In this document: positions 25,500-37,325 of the stretch, piece after piece
Numbering within the stretch: the first letter of the stretch is position 1
How the letters are laid out: every line of letters starts with the position of its first letter
From: Octopus vulgaris
Lineage: Eukaryota
Direction of reading: 5' to 3'
Assembly: GCA_951406725.2 (NCBI GenBank)
Contig: OX597814.1
Coordinates: forward strand, 201,624,001-201,688,000
DNA: 64,000 nt
Notes under the pieces: model-generated
What the model was told of the DNA's origin: nothing
The model's database searches: none
Seen by the model: only the letters and a program-made list of their open reading frames with translations
Program-made: the position numbers and the translations under genes

Positions 25500-25902
25500 A
25501 GCACAGGAGTGGCTGTGTGGTAAGTAGCTTGCTTACCAACCACATGGTTCCAGGTTCAGTCCCACTGCGTGGCACCTTGGGCAAGTGTTTTCTACTATAG
25601 CCTTGGGCTGACCAAAGCCTTGTGAGTGGATTTGGTAGACAGAAACTGAAAGAAGCCCATTGTATATATAAGTGTGTGTGTCTGTGTGTTTGTGTGTCTG
25701 TGTTTGTCCACCCCCAACATTGCTTGACAACCGATGCTGGTGTGTTTATGTCCCTGTAACGTAGCAGTTTGGCAAAAGAGAATGATAGAATAAGTACTAG
25801 GCTTACAAAGAATAAGTCCTGGGGTCGATTTCCTCGACTAAAGGCGGTGCTCCAGCATGGCTGCAGTCAAATGACTGAAACAAGTAAAAGAGAGTAAAAG
25901 AG
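25500..25902 (+). mobile_element. SINE family A
   Basis: Full head to (GTAAAAGA)n tail. Confidence 0.92.
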
Positions 25903-25965
25903 TATATATATATAAAAGAAGTTTGAAAATGCCACTATATAAGATAAATTTTAATTTTCCTAGAA

Positions 25966-26013
25966 ATTTTACATGTTTCGGTTCTTCTTGAAAGAACGAA
26001 CCTTATCAAAAAT
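25966..26013 (-). ncRNA. Type I hammerhead ribozyme, U3:A8 variant
   Basis: ATTT-TTGATAA-GGTTC(GTTCTTTCAAGAA)GAACC-GAAA-CATG-TA-AAAT. Confidence 0.7.
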
Positions 26014-26216
26014 ATTTTCAAAAATTAAGTGTAATAAAAAAGTTCATAATTGATTCTTACTAGTCCACGTGGTGGTCTTTTTGTGGGGGGAGCATAATAG
26101 CTGTCTTGTGTGTTGACTAGATTCGTTGGCTGTAGTTGGGGAAATGTCCAGCGTCCGAAATAGCAGTAGTAGCAGTAGTAAATATATACCCACTCGTATA
26201 CCACCAACACTTATTA

Positions 26217-26623
26217 TACTCTTTTTACTCTTTTACTTGTTTCAGTCATTTGACTGCGGCCATGCTGGAGCACCGCCTTTAGTCGAGCAAATCGACCCCG
26301 GGACTTATTCTTTGTAAGCCCAGTACTTATTCTATCGGTCTCCTTTTGCCGAACCGCTAAGTGACCGGGATGTAAACACACCAGCATCGGTTGTCAAGCA
26401 ATGCTAGGGGGACAAACACAGACACACAAACACACACACATACATATATATACATATATACGACAGGCTTCTTTCAGTTTCCGTCTACCAAATCCACTCA
26501 CAAGGCATTGGTTGGCCCGAGGCTATAGTAGAAGACACTTGTCCAAGGTGCCATGCAGTGGGACTGAACCCGGAACCATGTGGTTGGTAGACAAGCTACT
26601 TACCACACAGCCACTCCTGCGCC
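26217..26623 (-). mobile_element. SINE family A
   Basis: Full-length, close to the other young copies. Confidence 0.92.
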
Positions 26624-26664
26624 TATATATATATTATATATTATATATTATATATATATATATG

Positions 26665-26871
26665 CAAAAATTTAGATTCAAATGAATTTGGTACTTAATT
26701 TTAGATGCACCAGTATTCTATATGGTGTTATCCATAAAAATCCATGGGGTGATTATAATCAAAATAAGCAACAAGAATGACTCCAGTAATTTGGTACGAT
26801 CGTTTCATACTACATCGTAGTACGAAATGATCGTACCAAATTACCAGAGTCATTGTTGTTGCTTATTTTGA
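26665..26871. mobile_element. Microsatellite-inserted element ending in a ~110-bp hairpin (half-HHR)
   Basis: TCAAAATAAGCAACAA..GTACGATCGTTTC..TACTAC/GTAGTA..GATCGTAC..TTGTTGCTTATTTTGA. 26665-26790 is homologous to 43365-43520. Confidence 0.75.
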
Positions 26872-27783
26872 ATATATATATATATATGCATATATATATA
26901 AAAACACCTCTGCACACAAGCACACACACTGACACTTGATAAGTTTCCTCCATGAATCTTGAGTCACTTTTGTAACTTTCAGCTGATTAAAAGTAATAAA
27001 ACTGTACACACTCTTGTAGCGAATTCTATTTGTCCGGTTTGCTCTGCCAAAAATATATATATATATAGGTGTGTGTGTGTGTGTGCGTGTATGTGTGTGT
27101 ATGTATGCGTGTGTATGTGCATGTGTGTGTGTGTGTGTGTGAGTCATGTAAGTGATTTAGTATTGCTTCCATTACAAACTCTCATCTATTAACTCTGAAT
27201 TTATTCATCTGTTTGGCAATCAGGTTCTTCTTCTCTCCAACCGATCAAGTGTAGACATCTCTCTCTCTCTCCCTCCCTCTCTTTCTCTCTCTCTCTCTCT
27301 CTGCAGTATTAAACAAAAAAAACAAAAAAAAAAACGATTCTCCTCAAACTACTCACCAACATCTGACACCGAAGAAAAATCTATGGAAAATTTTTCTTTT
27401 AAAAATAATAAACTAGAGAAAAATGGAAGAGTCATGGATGGAGAAGAGAGAGGTGGGGGGAAGTGTAAGAAAGGTTAGTGTTAGGGGCTAGGGTTAGCGT
27501 TTGTGTTTATCTTGTCTCTGTCCTCAGGCTTCTTGTTTCCATTATAATCATGGAAAAGTTTCAGTAGTTGAAATAAGCTCCAAGTTTGATATGTCTGTGA
27601 TTTCTTTGGTTCTCGTTACAGAATTTGTTGAAGAGCTGTAGAGAATGTTCTGACTCTGAAGAAACGGTCAAAAGTTGAAGACGTTCTTCTCTTGTTTTGT
27701 TATTTTTTCATTTATTATTTTCTGAAACTTAGTTGCAAAACAGCAACAGAAACACAGCATCGTATTCAACATAGATCTGTCGT

Positions 27784-27827
<44 letters not shown>

Positions 27828-28286
27828 GCAAAATGCTTAACAGAATTTTGTCCATCTTGAGTTCAATTTCTATCGAAGTTGACTTTAATTTTCATCCTTT
27901 TGTGGTCAATGATATAAGTACCAGTTGCGTACTGGAGTTGGCGTAATCAATTTACCCCCTCCCCAAAAATTTCAGGCCTTCATTTCTTAAGAACTCAACT
28001 ACAGTACATTACCTCTACTAGGCACCTATTATTTGTCTGCATTCTGTTCTTAATTCATACGTTATTATTCCTGAAACAAATTTTGAACCAAAATTCATGT
28101 GAAAATGTGTGTAACATTCTTATTAACTGACGTAGATTGTTCAAATTGCCCAAGTTGGTGGAACTATTCTTCCTATATACAAAGCTGTTATGCAACATAA
28201 ACCCGTTACACATGTGATTTACTTACACCATCGTTTAACCCAAATCTCAGATTATCTTCCAAAAGATTCAAGTGTGTGCTGTTATA

Positions 28287-28844
28287 CAGGGTGGGTCAGA
28301 GGGGACGGATATTTTTGAAAAATTCACAAAATCATTTATTTTAGCTGGAAAGAAATTCTATTTACATCATTGTAATTGTATTGAATTAGCATTTGTCACA
28401 ATTAAATGTGGAGAATAACATCCATCATGTGGTATTCGCTTTCATTGACGCTTTTCTGAAAGTTTGTCTGACATGTTTCACATTTTATGGGGTCCATACC
28501 ATTCATGGCACCCCTATTGATCTCTTATTCAATAGTGTACCTCTTGTACAAAGTGCATTCACCCAATATAAGACTGTGTTATGGCTGGAAACAGCCTGAT
28601 TTTGGTGAATCTTAAAGTGGCACCAAAACTCATGCTGAACTGCTGTGACAGACTCGTTATTCTTCATGCAACTATCGTAGGCAACCACACGATGTTCTAT
28701 CGTCCACAGCCCCATGGCTCCACCTGAAGAGGAAAAAAATACTAAGACACCAAGGACCAAATGGTATCTGTTGGACATATGCATCTACCCTTGGAGCTGA
28801 GTAATAGCCATTTCAAAAATGTCCGTCTTCTCTGCCCCACCCTG
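28287..28844 (-). mobile_element. Internally deleted Tc1/mariner-superfamily DNA transposon
   Basis: TA|CAGGGTGGG..GGACGGATATTTTTGAAA TIR mirrored at the right end (..CCCCACCCTG|TA). HTH-like remnant ESVTAVQHEFWCHF..SHNTVLYWV. Confidence 0.85.
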
Positions 28845-28846
28845 TA

Positions 28847-29510
28847 CTCACTCCTTCATAAGTCTTTCTTTCATGTCCTTTGTGTCATCAAATCGTTGCT
28901 TCCGACAGACCAAACATGTGGAAGTCAGATGCTTCCAGATCCTGGCTAATTGACCCAATTTGCCAACTGCTTGATTTGTTGTTAAAGATGTGTAGCACCA
29001 TGCATTATTATGGTGAAGGTTAATCATTTTCAGATTCTTACTTGGCTTCTCTAAACTTTGTGATTGCCTCAGTGTTTCTGATGCAGTCACATTCCAGAAA
29101 ATCCAAGAAAATAACATTCTTGTCATCCCCACACAATTGTCACCAGGACTTTCAGTGTTAATCGCTGGCTCTTGAAATTCTTGGGCCTCAAAGGAAAAGC
29201 ATGACACCATTCCATCAAAATAATTCTTCATTTCCAGATCGAATGCTCTCAGGGTCAAGGCACGTAGCTTAATAGGTAGAGTATTTAGCTCACAATAGTA
29301 AGGTTGTGAGTTCAAACTAGTGTATGGTTTGTCTTCAAAGCTGGTTTCCCTTCCTTGAAACTTCTTCATCTATCTGCCTATACTGCTCCTATCATCTCTG
29401 TCAATAACCTGTAATGTTCTCATGGATGTCAAACAGCTTCTTCTCCTCATTCCTTAAGAACTTAATAACAGTACATTACTTCTACTACACACCTATCATT
29501 TGCCTGCAAT
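28847..29510 (-). mobile_element. Decayed mariner transposase
   Basis: KKFQGRETSFEDKP and LHHNNAWCYTSLTT (LHDNARPH-like) remnants. Its 5' region is also present at 27978-28045. Confidence 0.6.
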
Positions 29511-30497
29511 GGAAAAGAACAGAAAGAAGATTTACTTTGTCAACATGTACAATTTGAACAATCTTTGTCAATTAATAAAAATGTTACGCCCACTTTTGTA
29601 TTTCATTTGGCATAAACACCATTGATAAGTGAACTAACAAAATGTACAATAACAGTGTCTGCATTGTTCAGAAGTGCAATGAAATGTCAGAAGCAGATGT
29701 CAGCTCAGGGCTTGTGAGTAGATAGCTCAATAGATCATTCTATCAGCCATCTGCCTTTACAATACTTCTACATTGTAAAAAGACCATGTTTCCAAATGCT
29801 CCTACTTCTATGATTTCAATTAGAATTACTATTTAAAAACAAAATGTTACAACAGATAAATCCACACCCTTTTTCCATCCAGTTCTAATCTACTGAATTG
29901 GTTCCTTCAAATCTTAATCAACACACATTCAACACACATTTTTCTGGACTTTTCTTCTATTTCACCTCCTCTCTTCTGTGAGAGTGCATTTAATATACAC
30001 AAAAGGCACAGGCATAGCTGTATAATTTAGAATCTTGCTTTGAAACCAGTGGGTCTGGTTCAGTCCTATTACATAGTACCTTGAGCCAATGCCTTTTATT
30101 GTACCCCGTGGTGGGGGGGACAAAGATGTGGTAGATGGAAAGAAGCTTGATTTATCTATATCTATATATATTTGAAAAAAAAAGTAAGTACACGTAGACT
30201 GTTGGCAATTTTTTCCTCCTTCCTTTTTCTTTGGACTTTCCTGATTTTCTTGTTTCAAAAGAAGAGATATACTCGAAACCTAAAACAACCACTCTTCCCT
30301 TCTCTGAGCATCTTATTAATACTTTGCATGTGCTACGTCCTCGTGTTGTTTTTCTTGTCTTTTTCTCCATTTATTTTTATGTATACATGCATACATACAA
30401 ACATATATACATATATATGTATGTATGTATATATACATATATATATGTATGTATATATATTTACATATATATATGTATGTATATATATATATATATG

Positions 30498-30686
30498 TAG
30501 GGAGAGTTTACGAAAAAACAAAAGACGAAGACAGGTGGTGTACAAAACAAACAGATGCATTAGTATAACGCTCAGGAATAGAAAAAGTCTTTTACATTTC
30601 GAGCCTACGCTCTTCTACAGAAAGGGACACAGACAAAAACAAGGAGAGAAAAAAATGTGTGTAGTGGCTAACAATCTATCATGGCG
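30498..30686 (-). mobile_element. Short PLE-like element with a CUGUAGA HHR-like core (30589-30624)
   Basis: CTTT-CTGTAGA-AGAGCGTAGGCTC-GAAAT-GTA-AAAG, between (TA)n tracts. Confidence 0.65.
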
Positions 30687-30692
30687 ATATAT

Positions 30693-31408
30693 ATAGGAGA
30701 GGAAAAAATAATAAGGCAGAATGCTAAATTGAAAGCAAATTTTAATAAAAATGGGTGTATGAAAAATTAAAAAAAAGAAATCAAACCACTTTTCATTGCA
30801 AGGCAAATTTTATTTTCAAGATTTGGAAAGGGAAATTTTTTTTTTTTTTAAATTGAGGAAGGGGAAAAAAGAAATTTACAATGTTTTTTTTTCAGAAAAA
30901 TAATAATAAATATAAACAAAATGTAATAAATAAGTATACCAATACATTGTAGAGTCTTTATGCTTTTAGAGTTCAATATCAGTCCTTGGAAAAACTTCTT
31001 TGGAGGATTAAGATTTATGTGTCAAAACAGGAAATTCCTGTTTTAACACATAAACATTCAACCTTCTCAAACAAAACACTACACTTAAACACATGCATCC
31101 TAATCCTTCAAAGAAGTTTTTTCCGTGGACTAATATTGAACTCTAAAAGCATAAAGAATCTACAAGGTATTGGTATATTTATTTATTAATTTTTGTATAT
31201 AAGTATAATTTTTTTGAAAAAACATTGTAAATTTCTTTTTTCTCCTTCCTCAATTTAAAAAAAAAATTTCCCCTTCCAAATCTTGAAAATAAAATTTGCC
31301 TTGCAATGAAAAGTGGTTTGATTTCTTTTTTTTAATTTTTCATACACCCATTTTTATTAAAATTTGCTTTCAGTTTAGCATTCTGCCTTATTATTTTTCC
31401 TCTCCTAT
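30693..31408. repeat. Fold-back with ~320-bp diverged arms, within (TA)n-rich sequence
   Basis: TAGGAGAGGAAAAAATAATAAGGCAGAATGCTAAA.. is mirrored by ..TTTAGCATTCTGCCTTATTATTTTTCCTCTCCTA. The spacer contains an AAAACAGGAAATTCCTGTTTT hairpin. Confidence 0.9.
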
Positions 31409-31455
31409 CATTTCTCCACGTGCAGTTAACAGAACCCCACCATTTACTGACTTAT

Positions 31456-31920
31456 TTATATACACACACACATATATATATACATATATGCATATATATT
31501 TATATATATATATATATATATATACATACATATATATATACACACATACATACATATATATATACACACATACATACATATATATATACACACATACATA
31601 CATATATATATGCACGCATACATACATATATATACACGCATACATACATACATATATATATATATACACACATACATACATACATATATACACGCATACA
31701 TACACATATATACATGCATACATACACATATATACATGCATACATACATACATATATATACATGCATACATACATACATATATATACATGCATACATACA
31801 TATACACACATACATACATATATACATACATACATACATACATATATACACACATACATACATATATACACACATACATACATACATATATACATACATA
31901 CATACATACATATATATATA
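31456..31920. repeat. Compound (TA/CATA/CA)n microsatellite
   Basis: Read directly from the sequence. Confidence 0.95.
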
Positions 31921-32060
31921 CATGACGAAGAGCTCCGCTCGAAACGTTAAACCCTCCTTCCCTTCTTTCCTGAGCGTCAATAATACTTTAATTGTTCCAC
32001 GTCCTGCGTTGCTGTGTTTTTTTCTCTTTTTTTCTGTGTTTTCTTGTTTGGATTAACTTT
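31921..32060 (+). mobile_element. 5'-truncated pLTR-like fragment starting within an HHR core
   Basis: TGACGA-A-GAGC-TCC-GCTC-GAAACGTT-AAACC followed by a pyrimidine-rich tail. Related decayed copy at 30251-30380. Confidence 0.65.
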
Positions 32061-32114
32061 ATATATATACACACATACATACATATATACACACACATAC
32101 ATACATATATATAC

Positions 32115-32145
<31 letters not shown>

Positions 32146-32220
32146 CACACACATACATACATACATACATATATATATATATACACACACACATACATAC
32201 ATACATATATATATATATAT

Positions 32221-35200
32221 GAAAAAACAAGTCAAGATAGAAAATGCCAAAATAATTTTATAAAGAACATTTCAGTACCAGTTCCGGTCATTTGAGACCT
32301 TTTCAACTGTAACAATTAAAACATTAAATTTAGAAAAATTAAAAGAAAAGTTTTTTTTAAAAAAAATATTTGTATAGTGTTCAAATATAAGTGGCATTTT
32401 CCTTGTTTCTGCCTTTCTCTCTCTTGTTTACTCTTGTGGGTTCAAGGTCGTTGTGAATTCTTGGTAGGGAAGGAGGAGGGGGAGAAGGGGAGGAAGAATT
32501 TGGGATTGCCTTGATTGTCGTTGGTCAGTGGTGGCTAGAAGTTCCTGCTGTTCAATTCATGAAAATATTTCTATTGAAAGGTTTGTTTATAGAATTTGCG
32601 TAGGTGTTGTACTAAAAAGCATTAGTGATAAAGTTAGGAAGAAGAGGGGGAGAAGAAGAAGAAGGGTGAATATGAATGCCTGGAAGTAGTGAAATGTTGG
32701 ATGACTCAAAGTTGGCACGTTGTAGGTTATAGCTGTGATTGGGGCTGATTTTTAATGGATTCTTAGGAATGTAATATTTGCGTGTGTATCTGTGTTATTC
32801 TAAAGCTGAGCTGGATATATCGTTTGTCGTAGATGTGTTCAGAAGGGGCCTGTATTTTGTAATAAAGAGAGTTCTTTACTTATTCGTTGACTCGAGGTTG
32901 TATCGTCCCTGAATTGGTAGAGGGGAAAAATCCCGAAGCTTGGAGTTTTGTTGTTGGCGCAAATATCTGTGTTGGCTGAATGCTATTTTTCTGTTTTGGC
33001 GAATTTTTATCTGGGATCTGTGCAGGGCCATTCTTTTACGTAAACTATTTTTTGTTTGGTCTATATATTGCTCTTGACACCCAGAGCAGGTTAGTGTGTA
33101 TATCAGGTTCTCCGAAGCACATGTGAAGTTGCTTTTCACTGTGAACCGTTGTTCCTGTTTGAAGGAGAACTCTGATCCCTCAGTTAGATAATCGCATATC
33201 CCGCAATTGGGTCTTCCACATTTTTTTACTGTCGGCTTCTGTGTTGATGAGCGTATTCGGGCTTGTGTTAGGAGACTTTTCATAGATTTGGGCTGTCTCT
33301 TGCTTTTTATGATCGTGTGTGTTTGGAGGATTAAGTTCATTCTGTGGTCTTTTTGTAGCAGGGGTATGTTTTGGAGGATGATGTCGAAGGCTTCATTGTT
33401 GAGAGGGTTGTGTGTGGAGATGTATGCTAAGGCTTTAATTTGGGATGTCTGAGTTCCTGGATGTTGAGTTGAAGGGCACGTTGAATGCATATGTCAATTA
33501 GTGAAGGTCGGTAGTTCCTGGTGATGAGGGTATCTTTTAGTTCATGTAGTCGTGTGTCTCTGGTGTTTGCATTAGAAACTATAGTACATATCCTTTTTGC
33601 TAGATTGGAGGGGATATTCATTCTGGTGTGTCTGGAGTGGCATGAATTTAAAGGAAGATATTGCTTAGAATCCGTAGGCTTGTAGTATATATCTGTTTCT
33701 ATTACATTATTAGATTTCTTAATGAGGATGTCAAGGAAGGGGAGTTGTTGCTGGCTATATTCCATCGTGAATTGGATGTTTACGTCCAGTCCATTTAAAA
33801 TTGCTTGAAATTCTTTGAGTTTCTCTATACGTTCATGCCAAAGGATGAAACAGTCATCCAGGTATCTCTTCCAATTGTTTTCTATGTAGAGGGAGAAAGG
33901 GCTGCCATATCTTTCTAGAACCTTGCGATACAAACTGATTTCTAGATATCTCATGACTAGGTTGGCAAAGGAGGGGGCCATTCGCGTACCCATCGCAGTC
34001 CCCGATTTTTGTCGGTAGAAGTTGTCTTTGAAGGCGAAGAAGTTATTTTCCAGGATGAATTTAACCCCTTCTATCACGATTTCTTTTTTGATGCGATGTG
34101 AGAGTTCTTTGGCGTAATTCTCTAGCCAGAATTGGATTGCCTCTATTCCTAGGTTGTGGGGGATATTGGAATAGAGGTTGACTACATCGAAGGATACTAG
34201 TAGGATGTTTTTGTTTATAGTATCAGGCAGGTGATTGAGCATATCCAGGTCGTCCCTTATATAGCTTTTGACATGTTTGAGGAGTGGTTTTAAGAGGGTA
34301 TCTAAAAAGTTACTCAGGCGGTGGGTTTCGCATGCGGGACCTGCTATAATAGGTCTCAATTTGAGGTAATTAGGATTAGGGAATTTAATTATTTTGTCTG
34401 TGGTTATCTTGCATGAGTTACTTATTTTCTCACTTTTGTGTATCTTGGGAATACCGTAGAATTGGCTGGTTTTACTTGTGAAATTGGTCATATAGTCATA
34501 TTCTTTGTCGGTGAGCCCTTGTTTGTATGGGGTTAACATGGATTTTAGATCCCTCATTATTTTTTGTTGACTATAGTTTTGTGCCTTTTCATAATATGCT
34601 GTGTCTTCCAACATAGATAGTACTAAAGTTATGTAAAATGTCGTGTCCATTAAAACAACTGCACTCCCTTTATCGGCCTGTTTGATTGTTATTGTTTTAA
34701 TTTGTTCAGCTCAGCCCATTCTTTTTTGCTGAAGTTTGGTTTGGCTTTTTGTTTGTGCATGTGTTGATATGGGTAATTCGAGATGTGTTCACAGAAATGA
34801 TCAAGTGTTTTGTTCTTACCTTTTGAGGGGGTGTAGTTATTCCTATTTCTGACCTCGTTGAATTTATCGTATAGCTCCTCAGTAAGTCGTAATTTTCTAC
34901 AGGATTCTGCGATGTCTTCTTTCGTTTCATTGTAGTTGGGGTGTTGTGGGGTAGGTGTAAACTTGAGTCCTTCGGAGAGTATATTTATTTGGTTTGCTCT
35001 TAGTTCATTGTGAGTTAGATTGATAATTTTTATCACTTTTGGTTCCTCCTGCCTGTTTGGTGCTATCTTGTGTCTCTGTGTTTGCGTATTGGGTCTAAAA
35101 AATGAATGCGGTGGTTGGGACGGTAGCCATTATATAGTTGTTCCTTGTTGATATGGGGTGCCCTGTTGCGATTTATGGTGTGTGTTCTTGGAACAGTATT

Positions 35201-35357
35201 GAGAAGTGCGTCCCGATATCCCATATTCGGGTGTGGCGTTTTGGGAGGCCTTCGTTGGTAATCATTGCGAGTGGTGCGGGTTTGTTGTGCATGGTTGTTT
35301 GGCAGGTTGTTGGGGCGAAAATTTCGTTGGTAACTCTTTTGGGTGGGGAGGAGGTTT

Positions 35358-35358
<1 letters not shown>
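32221..35358 (-). mobile_element. Penelope-like element (Neptune-type), 5'-truncated and frameshifted, inserted in (TA)n
   Basis: RT and GIY-YIG ORF pieces (see the next feature). Both ends abut (TA)n. HHR-like motif near the 3' end at 32273-32309. Confidence 0.92.
32795..35036 (-). pseudogene. PLE polyprotein: reverse transcriptase + Cys-rich linker + GIY-YIG endonuclease (at least 3 frame breaks)
   Basis: GLKFTPTP; FYGIPKIHK; LRPII; SFDVVNLYSNIP; QKSGTAMGTRMAPSFANL; WKRYLDDCF; LPFLDI; YYKPTD; CGRPNCGIC; NLIYTLTCSGCQEQYIDQT..R...H. Confidence 0.95.
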
Positions 35359-35421
<63 letters not shown>

Positions 35422-35424
<3 letters not shown>

Positions 35425-36268
35425 AAGGACATACTAAGTATGTCTACCTGCTGGAAATAACAGCCAAAATTCTTATTTAAATCGCTGAAAAAAATGATGA
35501 TAACTACAGAAATCAACCACCTGCTGGCCTGGCAAACGGGCTAAGACAACCTCTCAGCATACATTCAAGTATTTGGACTCACGTGGACCGGTTTCTGCAC
35601 TCGCATAATAGCCTCACCTTCCTCAGTACACGTTACCATGATGGAAAGCCCCAACCCATCGTGTTGAAGTCTGTGCTGCAACTGATTTATTTTGCGCCGA
35701 AATCATGGCAGCCACCAGTGAGAAAATAATTTCAATACGGAGCAAATAATTCAGGAGAAAGTATTTGCAAAGATATTATTGACTGTGTTATTATCTAGTG
35801 TAACAATTTAAAAATGATAATAACAGAACCAATAATATAGGCAATTGCAGGCCCCCAAAAGCATTAAATAACTGGAAGATTAAAATTAATCAAAGGACAT
35901 ACTGAATATGTCTACACAGATGAGGCTATAATGCTAGTCCAGAAACCAGTTCATGTGAGTCCACATACTTGAATGTACGTTGATTGATTGTCTTAACTCA
36001 TTTGCCTGCAGATGGTTGATTTCTGTAGTTATCACCAGCTTTTTTTCGGTAATTTCATTAAGAGTTTTGACTGTTATTTCCAGCAGATAGACATTCTTAG
36101 TATATCCTTTTATTAATTTTAATCGTTCAGCTATTTAATGCCTTTTGGGGCCTGCAATCCCCTATATTATTGATTCTGTTATCATCATTTTTAATTGTTA
36201 CACTAAATAATAATAGAGTCAATAATATCTTTGCAAATATTTTCTCTGGAATTATTTGCTCTGTATAT
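35422..36268. mobile_element. ~465-bp HHR-bearing repeat unit plus an inverted partial copy
   Basis: TCAAAGGACATACT..TATGTCTAC at 35422 and 35890 defines the unit. Orientation flips at ~35917. (TA)n on both sides. Confidence 0.8.
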
Positions 36269-36559
36269 ATACATATATATAATTAAAATCAAAATGAGGG
36301 TGAAAAATTGGATATTAATTTGATATCATCAATTTTAACACCAGTGGTCTAGCATATAAAAAAACTGAGATTCAGTAAATAGTATTTCATACATAAATAT
36401 AAAAGGGAATTTTTTTAACCACTATGCGGAAACCTTTATGTTTCTGGTGTGCTAAGTTTTTCCGGAGAACAATTCTTAGTGGTTAAGACCATAGTGGATC
36501 TTCTTCTAGCATAAGGGTTTCCACATAGTGGTTAAAAAAAATCTTCTTATATTTATGTA

Positions 36560-36943
36560 TACTCTTTTACTTGTTTCAGTCATTTGACTGTGGCCATGCT
36601 GGAGCACCGCCTTTAGTCGAGCAAATCGACCCTGGGACTTATTCTTTGTAAGCCCAGTACTTATTCTATCGGTCTCTTTTGCTGAACTGCTAAGTGACGG
36701 GAACGTAAACACACCAGCATCAGTTGTCAAGCGATGTTGGGGGGACAAACACAGACACACAAACACATACATATATATATGTACATATATACGACGGGCT
36801 TCTTTCAGTTTCCGTCTACCAAATCCACTCACAAGGCATTGGTCGACCCGGGGTTATAGCAGAAGACACTTGCCCAAGATGCCACGCAGTGGGACTGAAC
36901 ATGGAACCATTGGTTAGCAAGCTACTTACCACACAGCCACTCC
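36560..36943 (-). mobile_element. SINE family A
   Basis: Reverse-complement family A. Confidence 0.9.
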
Positions 36944-37325
36944 ATATATTTATATATATATACACACACACACATCCAGGGTATCATAAAGAAGAATGGA
37001 GAATTACACATTACTAATACTTTTTTACTAAAGAATTATTCCCATTAAATTCACATTAGATTCCGATCCAACATATACTTCTGCCGCATAGGTGTTCTTC
37101 TAATGTTCTAAAAGGACATTAAGAAACACATGTCAGATTGGAATCTAATGTGAATTTAATGAGAATAATACCGTAATAACCAAATTTTGTGGATTTCTAA
37201 TTCTCCATTCTTGTGATGTTTTGGCTGGAATCCATTGTGTGGAATCCCTTGAAGAGAGCTCAGAATTTACTCATTGAGTGAAGTACAGTGTAATTGTTTA
37301 TCTTAAGCAATTCTGTATATTCTCT

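Noticed and set aside
27472-27500. Interstitial telomeric repeat
   Set aside because: Only about 4 degenerate TTAGGG-like units; not distinguishable from chance.
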